Shown: one piece after another, positions 44,505 through 58,600 of the stretch
Numbering within the stretch: the stretch's first letter is position 1
Layout of the letters: the number at the start of each line of letters is the position of its first letter
Made by a program: the position numbers and the translations under genes
Source: Eledone cirrhosa
Lineage: Eukaryota
Assembly: GCA_964016885.1 (NCBI GenBank)
Contig: OZ024752.1
Coordinates: 34,534,001 to 34,598,000, forward strand
Reading direction: 5' to 3'
Length of the DNA stretch: 64,000 nucleotides
Notes under the pieces: model-generated
The model's input: only the letters and a program-made list of their open reading frames with translations
Told to the model about the DNA's origin: nothing
The model's database searches: none

Positions 44505-44724
44505 ACAGAGAGAACATGCACAGGGTTACTGCGAAGGGGAAAGAAGGGGCAATGATAAGACAGAGAGAACATGCACAGGGTTACTGCGAAGGGGAAAGAA
44601 GGGGCAATGATAAGACAGAGATAACATGCACAGGGTTACTGCGAAGGGGAAAGAAGGGGCAATGATAAGACAGAGAAAACATGCACAGAGTTACTGCGAA
44701 GGGGAAAGAAGGGGCAATGGTAAG
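44505..44724. repeat. 4 x 55-bp cassette (10 of 12)
   Basis: Four units; the 3rd has GAGATAAC and the 4th has GAAAACAT and AGAGTTAC. Confidence 0.95.
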
Positions 44725-47700
44725 ACAGAGAGAACATGCACAGGGTTACTGAGAAGGGGCAATGGTAAGACAGAGAGAACATGCACAGGGTTACTGAGAA
44801 GGGGCAATGGTAAGACAGAGAGAACATGCACAGTGTTACTGAGAAGGGGAAATAGTAAGACAGAAAGAACATGCACTGGGTTACTGAGAAGGGGCAATGG
44901 TAAGACAGAGAGAACATGCACAGTGTTACTGAGAAGGGGAAATAGTAAGACAGAGAGAACATGCACAGGGTTACTGAGAAGAGGCAATGGTAAGACAGAG
45001 AGAACATGCACAGGCTTACTGAGAAGGGGCAATGGTAAGACAGAGAGAACATGCACAGGGTTACTGAGAAGGGGCAATGGTAAGACAGAGAGAACATGCA
45101 CAGGGTTACTGAGAAGAGGCAATGGTAAGACAGAGAGAACATGCACAGGGTTACTGAGAAGGGGCAATGGTAAGACAGAGAGAACATGCACAGGCTTACT
45201 GAGAAGGGGCAATGGTAAGACAGAGAGAACATGCACAGGGTAACTGAGAAGAGGCAATGGTAAGACAGAGAGAACATGCACAGGGTTACTGAGAAGGGGC
45301 AATGGTAAGACAGAGAGAACATGCACAGGGTTACTGAGAAGGGGTAATGGTAAGACAGAGAGAACATGCACAGTGGTACTGAGAAGGGGCAATGGTAAGA
45401 CAGAGAGAACATGCACAGGGTTACTGAGAAGGGGTAATGGTAAGACAGAGAGAACATGCACAGGGTTACTGAGAAGGGGTAATGGTAAGACAGAGAGAAC
45501 ATGCACAGTGGTACTGAGAAGGGGCAATGGTAAGACAGAGAGAACATGCACAGTGGTACTGAGAAAGGGCAATGGTAAGACAGAGAGAACATGCACAGGG
45601 TTACTGAGAAGGGGTAATGGTAAGACAGAGAGAACATGCACAGTGGTACTGAGAAGGGGCAATGGTAAGACAGAGAGAACATGCACAGTGGTACTGAGAA
45701 AGGGCAATGGTAAGACAGAGAGAACATGCACAGGGTTACTGAGAAGGGGCAATGGTAAGACAGAGAGAACATGCACAGGGTTACTGAGAAAGGGCAATGG
45801 TAAGACAGAGAGAACATGCACAGTGTTACTGAGAAGGGGCAATGGTAAGACAGAGAGAACATGCACAGGGTTACTGAGAAGGGGCAATGGTAAGACAGAG
45901 AGAACATGCACAGGGTTACTGAGAAGGGGCAATGGTAAGACAGAGAGAACATGTACAGGGTTACTGAGAAAGGGCAATGGTAAGACAGAGAGAACATGCA
46001 CAGGGTAACTGAGAAGGGGCAATGGTAAGACAGAGAGAACATGCACAGGGTTACTGAGAAGGGGCAATGGTAAGACAGAGAGAACATGCACAGGGTTACT
46101 GAGAAAGGGGTAATTGTAAGACAGAGAGAACATGCACAATGTTACTGAGAAGGGGCAATGGTAAGACAGAGAGAACATGCACAGGGTTACTGAGAAGGGG
46201 CAATGGTAAGACAGAGAGAACATGCACAGGGTTACTGAGAAGGGGCAATTGTAAGACAGAGAGAACATGCACAGGGTTACTGAGAAGAGGCAATGTTAAG
46301 ATAGAGAGAACATGCACAGGGTTACTGAGAAGAGGCAATGGTAAGACAGAGAGAACATGCACAGGGTTACTGAGAAGGGGCAATGGTAAGACAGAGAGAA
46401 CATGCACAGTGTTACTGAGAAGAGGCAATGGTAAGACAGAGAGAACATGCACAGTGTTACTGAGAAGGGGCAATGGTAAGACAGAGAGAACATGCACAGG
46501 TTAACTGAGAAGGGACAATGGTAAGACAGAGAGAACATGCACAGGGTTACTGAGAAGGGGCAATGGTAAGACAGAGAGAACATGTACAGGGTTACTGAGA
46601 AGGGGCAATGGTAAGACAGAGAGAACATGTACAGGGTTACTGAGAAGGGGCAATGGTAACACAGAGAGAACATGCACAGGGTTACTGAGAAGGGGCAATG
46701 GTAAGACAGAGAGAACATGTACAGGGTTACTGAGAAGGGGCAATGGTAAGACAGAGAGAACATGTACAGGGTTACTGAGAAGGGGCAATGGTAACACAGA
46801 GAGAACATGCACAGGGTTACTGAGAAGGGGCAATGGTAAGACAGAGAGAACATGTACAGGGTTACTGAGAAGGGGCAATGGTAAGACAGAGAGAACATGC
46901 ACAGGGTTACTGAGAAGGGGCAATGGTAAGACAGAGAGAACATGTACAGGGTTACTGAGAAGGGGCAATGGTAAGACAGAGAGAACATGCACAGGGTTAC
47001 TGAGAAGGGGCAATGGTAAGACAGAGAGAACATGCACAGGGTTACTGAGAAGGGGCAATGGTAACACAGAGAGAACATGCACAGGGTTACTGAGAAGGGG
47101 CAATGGTAAGACAGAGAGAACATGTACAGGGTTACTGAGAAGGGGCAATGGTAAGACAGAGAGAACATGCACAGGGTTACTGAGAAGGGGCAATGGTAAG
47201 ACAGAGAGAACATGTACAGGGTTACTGAGAAGGGGCAATGGTAAGACAGAGAGAACATGCACAGGGTTACTGAGAAGGGGCAATGGTAAGACAGAGAGAA
47301 CATGTACAGGGTTACTGAGAAGGGGCAATGGTAAGACAGAGAGAACATGCACAGGGTTACTGAGAAGGGGCAATGGTAAGACAGAGAGAACATGCACAGG
47401 GTTACTGAGAAGGGGCAATGGTAACACAGAGAGAACATGCACAGGGTTACTGAGAAGGGGCAATGGTAAGACAGAGAGAACATGCACAGGGTTACTGAGA
47501 AAGGGCAATGGTAAGACAGAGAGAACATGCACAGGGTTACTGAGAAGGGGCAATGGTAAGACAGAGAGAACATGCACAGGGTTACTGAGAAGGGGGAATG
47601 GTAAGACAGAGAGAACATGCACAGTGTTACTGAGAAAGGGCAATGGTAAGACAGACAGAACATGTACAGGGTTACTGAGAAGGGGCAATGGTAAGAAAGA

Positions 47701-50700
47701 GAGAACATGCACAGGGTTACTGAGAAGGGGCAATGGTAAGACAGAGAGAACATGGACAGGGTTACTGAGAAGGGGCAATGGTAAGACAGAGAGAACATGC
47801 ACAGGGTTACTGAGAAGGGGCAATGGTAAGACAGAGAGAACATGCACAGGGTTACTGAGAAGGGGCAATGGTAAGACAGAGAGAACATGCACAGGGTTAC
47901 TGAGAAGGGGCAATGGTAAGACAGAGAGAACATGCACAGGGTTACTGAGAAGGGGCAATGGTAAGACAGAGAGAACATGCACAGGGTTACTGAGAAAGGG
48001 CAATGGTAAGACAGACAGAACATGTACAGGGTTACTGAGAAGGGGCAATGGTAAGAAAGAGAGAACATGCACAGGGTTACTGAGAAGGGGCAATGGTAAG
48101 ACAGAGAGAACATGGACAGGGTTACTGAGAAGGGGCAATGGTAAGACAGAGAGAACATGCACAGGGTTACTGAGAAGGGGCAATGGTAAGACAGAGAGAA
48201 CATGCACAGGGTTACTGAGAAAGGGCAATGGTAAGACAGACAGAACATGTACAGGGTTACTGAGAAGGGGCAATGGTAAGAAAGAGAGAACATGCACAGG
48301 GTTACTGAGAAGGGGCAATGGTAAGACAGAGAGAACATGCACAGGGTTACTGAGAAGGGGCAATGGTAAGAAAGAGAGAACATGCACAGTGTTACTGAGA
48401 AGGGGCAATGGTAAGACAGAGAGAACATGCACAGGGTTACTGAGAAGGGGGAATGGTAAGACAGAGAGAACATGCACAGTGTTACTGAGAAGGAGCAATG
48501 GTAAGACAGAGAGAACATGCACAGTGTTACTGAGAAGGGGCAATGGTAAGACAGAGAGAACATGCACAGTGTTACTGAGAAGGGGCAATGGTAAGACAGA
48601 GAGAACATGCACAGGGTTACTGAGAAGGGGCAATGGTAAGACAGAGAGAACATGCACAGGGTTACTGAGAAGGGGGAATGGTAAGACAGAGAGAACATGC
48701 ACAGTGTTACTGAGAAAGGGCAATGGTAAGACAGACAGAACATGTACAGGGTTACTGAGAAGGGGCAATGGTAAGACAGAGAGAACATGCACAGGGTTAC
48801 TGAGAAGGGGCAATGGTAAGACAGAGAGAACATGCACAGGGTTACTGAGAAAGGGCAATGGTAAGACAGAGAGAACATGCACAGGGTTACTGAGAAGGGG
48901 CAATGGTAAGACAGAGAGAACATGTACAGGGTTACTGAGAAAGGGCAATGGTAAGATAGAGAGAACATGTACAGGGTTACTGAGAAGGGGCAATGGTAAG
49001 ACAGAGAGAACATGTACAGGGTTACTGAGAAAGGGCAATGGTAAGACAGAGAGAACATGCACAGGGTTACTGAGAAGGGGCAATGGTAAGACAGAGAGAA
49101 CATGTACAGGGTTACTGAGAAAGGGCATGGTAAGACAGAGAGAACATGTACAGGGTTACTGAGAAGGGGCAATGGTAAGACAGAGAGAACATGTACAGGG
49201 TTACTGAGAAGGGGCAATGGTAAGACAGAGAGAACATGTACAGGGTTACTGAGAAGGGGCAATGGTAAGACAGAGAGAACATGCACAGGGTAACTGAGAA
49301 GGGGCAATGGTAAGACAGAGAGAACATGCACAGGGTTACTGAGAAAGGGCAATGGTAAGACAGAGAGAACATGCACAGGGTTACTGAGAAGGGGCAATGG
49401 TAAGACAGAGAGAACATGCACAAGGTTACTGAGAAAGGGCAATGGTAAGACAGAGAGAACATGCACAGGGTTACTGAGAAGGGGCAATGGTAAGACAGAG
49501 AGAACATGCACAGGGTTACTGAGAAGGGGCAATGGTAAGACAGAGAGAACATGCACAGGGTTACTGAGAAGGGGCAATGGTAAGACAGAGAGAACATGCA
49601 CAGGGTTACTGAGAAAGGGCAATGGTAAGACAGAGAGAATATGCACAGGGTTACTGAGAAAGGGCAATGGTAAGACAGAGAGAACATGCACAGGGTTACT
49701 GAGAAAGGGCAATGGTAAGACAGAGAGAACATGCACAGGGTTACTGAGAAAGGGCAATGGTAAGACAGAGAGAACATGAACAGGGTTACTGAGAAAGGGC
49801 AATGGTAAGACAGAGAGAACATGCACAGTGTTACTGAGAAGGGGCAATGGTAAGACAGAGAGAACATGCACAAGGTTACTGAGAAAGGGCAATGGTAAGA
49901 CAGAGAGAACATGCACAGTGTTACTGAGAAGGGGCAATGGTAAGACAGAGAGAACATGCACAAGGTTACTGAGAAAGGGCAATGGTAAGACAGAGAGAAC
50001 ATGCACAGGGTTACTGAGAAAGGGCAATGGTAAGACAGAGAGAACATGCACAGGGTTACTGAGAAGGGGCAATGGTAAGACAGAGAGAACATGCACAGGG
50101 TTACTGAGAAAGGGCAATGGTAAGACAGAGAGAACATGCACAGGGTTACTGAGAAAGGGCAATGGTAAGACAGAGAGAACATGAACAGGGTTACTGAGAA
50201 AGGGCAATGGTAAGACAGAGAGAACATGCACAGGGTTACTGAGAAAGGGCAATGGTAAGACAGAGAGAACATGCACAGGGTTACTGAGAAAGGGCAATGG
50301 TAAGACAGAGAGAACATGCACAGGGTTACTGAGAAGGGGCAATGGTAAGACAGAGAGAACATGCACAGGGTTACTGAGAAAGGGCAATGGTAAGACAGAG
50401 AGAACATGCACAGGGATACTGAGAAGGGGCAATGGTAAGACAGAGAGAACATGCACAGGGTTACTGAGAAAGGGCAATGGTAAGACAGAGAGAACATGCA
50501 CAGGGTTACTGTGAAAGGGCAATGGTAAGACAGAGAGAACATGAACAGGGTTACTGAGAAAGGGCAATGGTAAGACAGAGAGAACATGCACAGGGTTACT
50601 GAGAATGGGCAATGGTAAGACAGAGAGAACATGCACAGGGTTACTGAGAAAGGACAATGGTAAGACAGAGAGAACATGCACAGGGTTACTGAGAAGGGGC

Positions 50701-51289
50701 AATGGTAAGACAGAGAGAACATGCACAGGGTTACTGAGAAAGGGCAATGGTAAGACAGAGAGAACATGCACAGGGTTACTGAGAAGGGGCAATGGTAAGA
50801 CAGAGAGAACATGCACAGGGTTACTGAGAAGGGGCAATGGTAAGACAGAGAGAACATGCACAGGGTTACTGAGAAGGGGCCATGGTAAGACAGAGAGAAC
50901 ATGCACAGGGTTACTGAGAAGGGGCAATGGTAAGACAGAGAGAACATGCACAGGGTTACTGAGAATGGGCAATGGTAAGACAGAGAGAACATGCACAGGG
51001 TTACTGAGAAGGGGCAATGGTAAGACAGAGAGAACATGCACAGGGTTACTGAGAAAAGGCAATGGTAAGACAGAGAGAACATGCACAGTGTTACTGAGAA
51101 GGGGCAATGGTAAGACAGAGAGAACATGCACAGGGTTACTGAGAAGGGCAATGGTAAGACAGAGAGAACATGCACAGTGTTACTGAGAAGGGGAAATGGT
51201 AAGACAGAGAGAACATGCACAGTGTTACTGTGAAGGGCAATGGTAAGACAGAGAGAACATGCACAGTGTTACTGAGAAGGGGCAATGGT

Positions 51290-54200
51290 AAGACAGAGAG
51301 AACATGCACAGGGTTACTGAGAAGGGCAATGGTAAGACAGAGAGAACATGCACAGTGTTACTGAGAAGAGGCAATGGTAAGACAGAGAGAACATGCACAG
51401 GGTTACTGAGAAGAGGCAATGGTAAGACAGAGAGAACATGCACAGGGTTACTGAGAAGGGCAATGGTAAGACAGAGAGAACATGCACAGGGTTACTGAGA
51501 AGAGGCAATGGTAAGACAGAGAGAACATGCACAGGGTTACTGAGAAGAGGCAATGGTAAGACAGAGAGAACATGCACAGGGTTACTGAGAAGGGGCAATG
51601 GTAAGACAGAGAGAACATGCACAGTGTTACTGAGAAGAGGCAATGGTAAGACAGAGAGAACATGCACAGGGTTACTGAGAAGGGCAATGGTAAGACAGAG
51701 AGAACATGCACAGGGTTACTGAGAAGAGGCAATGGTAAGACAGAGAGAACATGCACAGTGTTACTGAGAAGAGGCAATGGTAAGACAGAGAGAACATGCA
51801 CAGGGTTACTGAGAAGGGTAATGGTAAGACAGAGAGAACATGCACAGGGTTACTGAGAAGAGGCAATGGTAAGACAGAGAGAACATGCACAGGGTTACTG
51901 AGAAGAGGCAATGGTAAGACAGAGAGAACATGTACAGGGTTACTGAGAAGGGGCAATGGTAAGACAGAGAGAACATGCACAGGGTTACTGAGAAGGGGCA
52001 ATGGTAAGACAGAGAGAACATGCACAGGGTTACTGAGAAGGGGCAATGGTAAGACAGAGAGAACATGCACAGGGTAACTGAGAAGGGGCAATGGTAAGAC
52101 AGAGAGAACATGCACAGGGTTACTGAGAAGGGGCAATGGTAAGACAGAGAGAACATGCACAGGGTTACTGAGAAGAGGCAATGGTAAGACAGAGAGAACA
52201 TGCACAGGGTTACTGAGAAGGGGCAATGGTAAGACAGAGAGAACATGCACAGTGGTACTGAGAAGGGGCAATGGTAAGACAGAGAGAACATGCACAGGGT
52301 TACTGAGAAGGGGCAATGGTAAGACAGAGAGAACATGCACAGGGTTACTGAGAAGGGCAATGGTAAGACAGAGAGAACATGCACAGTGTTACTGAGAAGG
52401 GGAAATGGTAAGACAGAGAGAACATGCACAGGGTTACTGAGAAGGGGCAATGGTAAGACAGAGAGAACATGCACAGGGTTACTGAGAAGGGGCAATGGTA
52501 AGACAGAGAGAACATGCACAGGGTTACTGAGAAGGGGCAATGGTAAGACAGAGAGAACATGCACAAGGTAACTGAGAAGGGGCAATGGTAAGACAGAGAG
52601 AACATGCACAGGGTTACTGAGAAGGGGCAATGGTAAGACAGAGAGAACATGCACAGGGTTACTGAGAAAGGGGTAATTGTAAGACAGAGAGAACATGCAC
52701 AATGTTACTGAGAAGGGGCAATGGTAAGACAGAGAGAACATGCACAGGGTTACTGAGAAGGGGCAATGGTAAGACAGAGAGAACATGCACAGGGTTACTG
52801 AGAAAGGGGCAATGGTAAGACAGAGAGAACATGCACAGGGTTACTGAGAAGGGGGAATGGTGAGACAGAGAGAACATGCACAGTGTTACTGAGAAGGGGC
52901 AATGGTAAGACAGAGAGAACATGCACAGTGTTACTGAGAAGGGGCAATGGTAAGACAGAGAGAACATGCACAGGGTTACTGAGAAGGGGCAATGGTAATA
53001 CAGAGAGAACATGCACAGGGTTACTGAGAAGGGGCAATGGTAAGACAGAGAGAACATGCACAGGGTTACTGAGAAAGGGCAATGGTAAGACAGAGAGAAC
53101 ATGCACAGGGTTACTGAGAAGGGGAAATGGTTAGACAGAGAGAACATGCACAGGGTTACTGAGAAGGGGAAATGGTTAGACAGAGAGAACATGCACAGGT
53201 TAACTGAGAAGGGACAATGGTAAGACAGAGAGAACATGCACAGGGTTACTGAGAAGGGGCAATGGTAAGACAGAGAGAACATGCACAGGGTAACTGAGAA
53301 GGGGCAATGGTAAGACAGAGAGAACATGCACAGGGTTACTGAGAAGGGGCAATGGTAAGACAGAGAGAACATGCACAGGGTTACTGAGAAGGGGCAATGG
53401 TAAGACAGAGAGAACATGTACAGGGTTACTGAGAAGGGGCAATGGTAAGACAGAGAGAACATGCACAGGGTTACTGAGAAGGGGCAATGGTAAGACAGAG
53501 AGAACATGTACAGGGTTACTGAGAAGGGGCAATGGTAAGACAGAGAGAACATGCACAGGGTTACTGAGAAGGGCAATGGTAAGACAGAGAGAACATGCAC
53601 AGTGTTACTGAGAAGAGGCAATGGTAAGACAGAGAGAACATGCACAGGGTTACTGAGAAGAGGCAATGGTAAGACAGAGAGAACATGCACAGGGTTACTG
53701 AGAAGGGCAATGGTAAGACAGAGAGAACATGCACAGGGTTACTGAGAAGAGGCAATGGTAAGACAGAGAGAACATGCACAGGGTTACTGAGAAGAGGCAA
53801 TGGTAAGACAGAGAGAACATGCACAGGGTTACTGAGAAGGAGCAATGGTAAGACAGAGAGAACATGCACAGTGTTACTGAGAAGAGGCAATGGTAAGACA
53901 GAGAGAACATGCACAGGGTTACTGAGAAGGGCAATGGTAAGACAGAGAGAACATGCACAGGGTTACTGAGAAGAGGCAATGGTAAGACAGAGAGAACATG
54001 CACAGGGTTACTGAGAAGAGGCAATGGTAAGACAGAGAGAACATGCACAGTGTTACTGAGAAGAGGCAATGGTAAGACAGAGAGAACATGCACAGGGTTA
54101 CTGAGAAGGGCAATGGTAAGACAGAGAGAACATGCACAGGGTTACTGAGAAGAGGCAATGGTAAGACAGAGAGAACATGCACAGGGTTACTGAGAAGAGG

Positions 54201-55600
54201 CAATGGTAAGACAGAGAGAACATGCACAGGGTTACTGAGAAGGGGCAATGGTAAGACAGAGAGAACATGCACAGGGTTACTGAGAAGGGGCAATGGTAAG
54301 ACAGAGAGAACATGCACAGGGTTACTGAGAAGGGGCAATGGTAAGACAGAGAGAACATGCACAGGGTAACTGAGAAGGGGCAATGGTAAGACAGAGAGAA
54401 CATGCACAGGGTTACTGAGAAGGGGCAATGGTAAGACAGAGAGAACATGCACAGGGTTACTGAGAAAGGGGTAATTGTAAGACAGAGAGAACATGCACAG
54501 GGTAACTGAGAAGGGGCAATGGTAAGACAGAGAGAACATGCACAGGGTTACTGAGAAGGGGCAATGGTAAGACAGAGAGAACATGCACAGGGTTACTGAG
54601 AAGGGGCAATGGTAAGACAGAGAGAACATGCACAGGGTAACTGAGAAGGGGCAATGGTAAGACAGAGAGAACATGCACAGGGTTACTGAGAAAGGGCAAT
54701 GGTAAGACAGAGAGAACATGCACAGGGTTACTGAGAAAGGGGTAATTGTAAGACAGAGAGAACATGCACAATGTTACTGAGAAGGGGCAATGGTAAGACA
54801 GAGAGAACATGCACAGGGTTACTGAGAAGGGGCAATGGTAAGACAGAGAGAACATGCACAGGGTTACTGAGAAAGGGGCAATGGTAAGACAGAGAGAACA
54901 TGCACAGGGTTACTGAGAAGGGGGAATGGTAAGACAGAGAGAACATGCACAGTGTTACTGAGAAGGGGCAATGGTAAGACAGAGAGAACATGCACAGTGT
55001 TACTGAGAAGGGGCAATGGTAAGACAGAGAGAACATGCACAGGGTTACTGAGAAGGGGCAATGGTAATACAGAGAGAACATGCACAGGGTTACTGAGAAG
55101 GGGCAATGGTAAGACAGAGAGAACATGCACAGGGTTACTGAGAAAGGGCAATGGTAAGACAGAGAGAACATGCACAGGGTTACTGAGAAGGGGAAATGGT
55201 TAGACAGAGAGAACATGCACAGGGTTACTGAGAAGGGGAAATGGTTAGACAGAGAGAACATGCACAGGTTAACTGAGAAGGGACAATGGTAAGACAGAGA
55301 GAACATGCACAGGGTTACTGAGAAGGGGCAATGGTAAGACAGAGAGAACATGCACAGGGTAACTGAGAAGGGGCAATGGTAAGACAGAGAGAACATGCAC
55401 AGGGTTACTGAGAAGGGGCAATGGTAAGACAGAGAGAACATGCACAGGGTTACTGAGAAGGGGCAATGGTAAGACAGAGAGAACATGCACAGGGTTACTG
55501 AGAAGGGGCAATGGTAAGACAGAGAGAACATGTACAGGGTTACTGAGAAGGGGCAATGGTAAGACAGAGAGAACATGCACAGGGTTACTGAGAAGGGGCA
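51290..55600. repeat. Tandem duplication, ~2.1-2.2 kb (copies ~51290-53540 and ~53540-55600)
   Basis: ORF-track offsets are 2247 (51304/53551) and 2069 (52795/54864). Both copies share a series of 44-bp units, paired GGTTAGAC units and CAGGTTAACTGAGAAGGGAC. Confidence 0.87.
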
Positions 55601-58600
55601 ATGGTAAGACAGAGAGAACATGTACAGTGTTACTGAGAAGGGGCAATGGTAAAACAGAGAGAACATGCACAGGGTTACTGAGAAGGGGCAATGGTAAGAC
55701 AGAGAGAACATGTACAGGGTTACTGAGAAGGGGCAATGGTAAGACAGAGAGAACATGTACAGGGTTACTGAGAAGGGGCAATGGTAAGACAGAGAGAACA
55801 TGCACAGGGTTACTGAGAAGGGGCAATGGTAAGACAGAGAAAACATGTACAGGGTTACTGAGAAGAGGCAATGATAAGACAGAGAGAACATGCACAGGCT
55901 TACTGAGAAGGGGCAATGGTAAGACAGAGAGAACATGCACAGGGTTACTGAGAAGGGGCAATGGTAAGACAGAGAGAACATGCACAGGGTTACTGAGAAA
56001 GGGCAATGGTAAGACAGACAGAACATGTACAGGGTTACTGAGAAGGGGCAATGGTAAGAAAGAGAGAACATGCACAGTGTTACTGAGAAGGGGCAATGGT
56101 AAGAAAGAGAGAACATGCACAGGGTTACTGAGAAGGGGCAATGGTAAGAAAGAGAGAACATGCACAGTGTTACTGAGAAGGGGCAATGGTAAGACAGAGA
56201 GAACATGCACAGTGTTACTGAGAAGGGGCAATGGTAAGACAGAGAGAACATGCACAGGGTTACTGAGAAGGGGCAATGGTAAGACAGAGAGAACATGCAT
56301 AGTGTTACTGAGAAGGGGCAATGATAAGACAGAGAGAACATGCACAGGGTTACTGAGAAGGGGCAATGGTAAGACAGAGAGAACATGCATAGTGTTACTG
56401 AGAAGGGGCAATGATAAGACAGAGAGAACATGCACAGTGTTACTGAGAAGGGGCAATGGTAAGACAGAGAGAACATGCACAGGGTTACTGAGAAGGGGGA
56501 ATGGTAGACAGAGAGAACATGCACAGGGTTACTGAGAAGGGGCAATGATAAGACAGAGAGAACATGCACAGGCTTACTGAGAAGGGGCAATGATAAGACA
56601 GAGAGAACATGCACAGGGTTACTGAGAAGGGGGAATGGTAAGAAAGAGAGAACATGCACAGTGTTACTGAGAAGGGGCAATGGTAAGACAGAGAGAACAT
56701 GCACAGTGTTACTGAGAAGGGGCAATGGTAAGACAGAGAGAACATGCACAGTGTTACTGAGAAGGGGCAATGGTAAGACAGAGAGAACATGCACAGGGTT
56801 ACTGAGAAGGGGCAATGGTAAGACAGAGAGAACATGCACAGGGTTACTGAGAAAGGGCAATGGTAAGACAGAGAGAACATGCACAGGGTTACTGAGAAGG
56901 GGAAATGGTTAGACAGAGAGAACATGCACAGGGTTACTGAGAAGGGGAAATGGTTAGACAGAGAGAACATGCACAGGGTTACTGAGAAGGGGCAATGGTA
57001 AGACAGAGAGAACATGTACAGGGTTACTGAGAAAGGGCAATGGTAAGACAGAGAGAACATGCACAGGGTTACTGAGAAGGGGCAATGGTAAGACAGAGAG
57101 AACATGTACAGGGTTACTGAGAAGGGGCAATGGTAAGACAGAGAGAACATGCACAGGGTTACTGAGAAGGGGCAATGGTAAGACAGAGAGAACATGTACA
57201 TGGTTACTGAGAAGGGGCAATGGTAAGACAGAGAGAACATGTACAGGGTTACTGAGAAGGGGCAATGGTAAGACAGAGAGAACATGCACAGGGTAACTGA
57301 GAAGGGGCAATGGTAAGACAGAGAGAACATGTACAGGGTTACTGAGAAAGGGCAATGGTAAGACAGAGAGAACATGCACAGGGTTACTGAGAAGGGGCAA
57401 TGGTAAGACAGAGAGAACATGTACAGGGTTACTGAGAAGGGGCAATGGTAAGACAGAGAGAACATGCACAGGGTTACTGAGAAGGGGCAATGGTAAGACA
57501 GAGAGAACATGTACATGGTTACTGAGAAGGGGCAATGGTAAGACAGAGAGAACATGTACAGGGTTACTGAGAAGGGGCAATGGTAAGACAGAGAGAACAT
57601 GCACAGGGTAACTGAGAAGGGGCAATGGTAAGACAGAGAGAACATGCACAGGGTTACTGAGAAGGGGCAATGGTAAGACAGAGAAAACATGTACAGGGTT
57701 ACTGAGAAGGGGCAATGGTAAGACAGAGAGAACATGCACAGGGTAACTGAGAAGGGACAATGGTAAGAAAGAGAGAAGATGCACAGGGTTACTGAGAAGG
57801 GGCAATGGTAAGACAGAGAGAACATGTACAGGGTTACTGAGAAAGGGCAATGGTAAGACAGAGAGAACATGCACAATGTTACTGAGAAGGGGCAATGGTG
57901 AGACAGAGAGAACATGCACAGGGTTACTGAGAAAGGGCAATGGTAAGACAGAGAGAATATGCACAGGGTTACTGAGAAAGGGCAATGGTAAGACAGAGAG
58001 AACATGCACAGGGTTACTGAGAAAGGGCAATGGTAAGACAGAGAGAACATGCACAGGGTTACTGAGAAGGGGCAATGGTAAGACAGAGAGAACATGTACA
58101 GGGTTACTGAGAAAGGGCAATGGTAAGACAGAGAGAACATGCACAGTGTTACTGAGAAGGGGCAATGGTAAGACAGAGAGAATATGCACAGGGTTACTGA
58201 GAAAGGGCAATGGTAAGACAGAGAGAACATGCACAGGGTTACTGAGAAGGGGCAATGGTAAGACAGAGAGAACATGCACAGGGTTACTGAGAAGAGGCAA
58301 TGGTAAGACAGAGAGAACATGCACAGTGTTACTGAGAAGGGGCAATGGTAAGACAGGGAGAACATGCACAGGGTTACTGAGAAAGGGCAATGGTAAGACA
58401 GAGAGAACATGCACAGGGTTACTGAGAAAGGGCAATGGTAAGACAGAGAGAACATGCACAGGGTTACTGAGAAAGGGCAATGGTAAGACAGAGAGAACAT
58501 GTACAGGGTTACTGTGAAGGGGCAATGGTAAGACAGAGAGAACATGCACAGGGTTACTGAGAAGAGACAATGGTAAGACAGAGAGAACATGCACAGGGTT

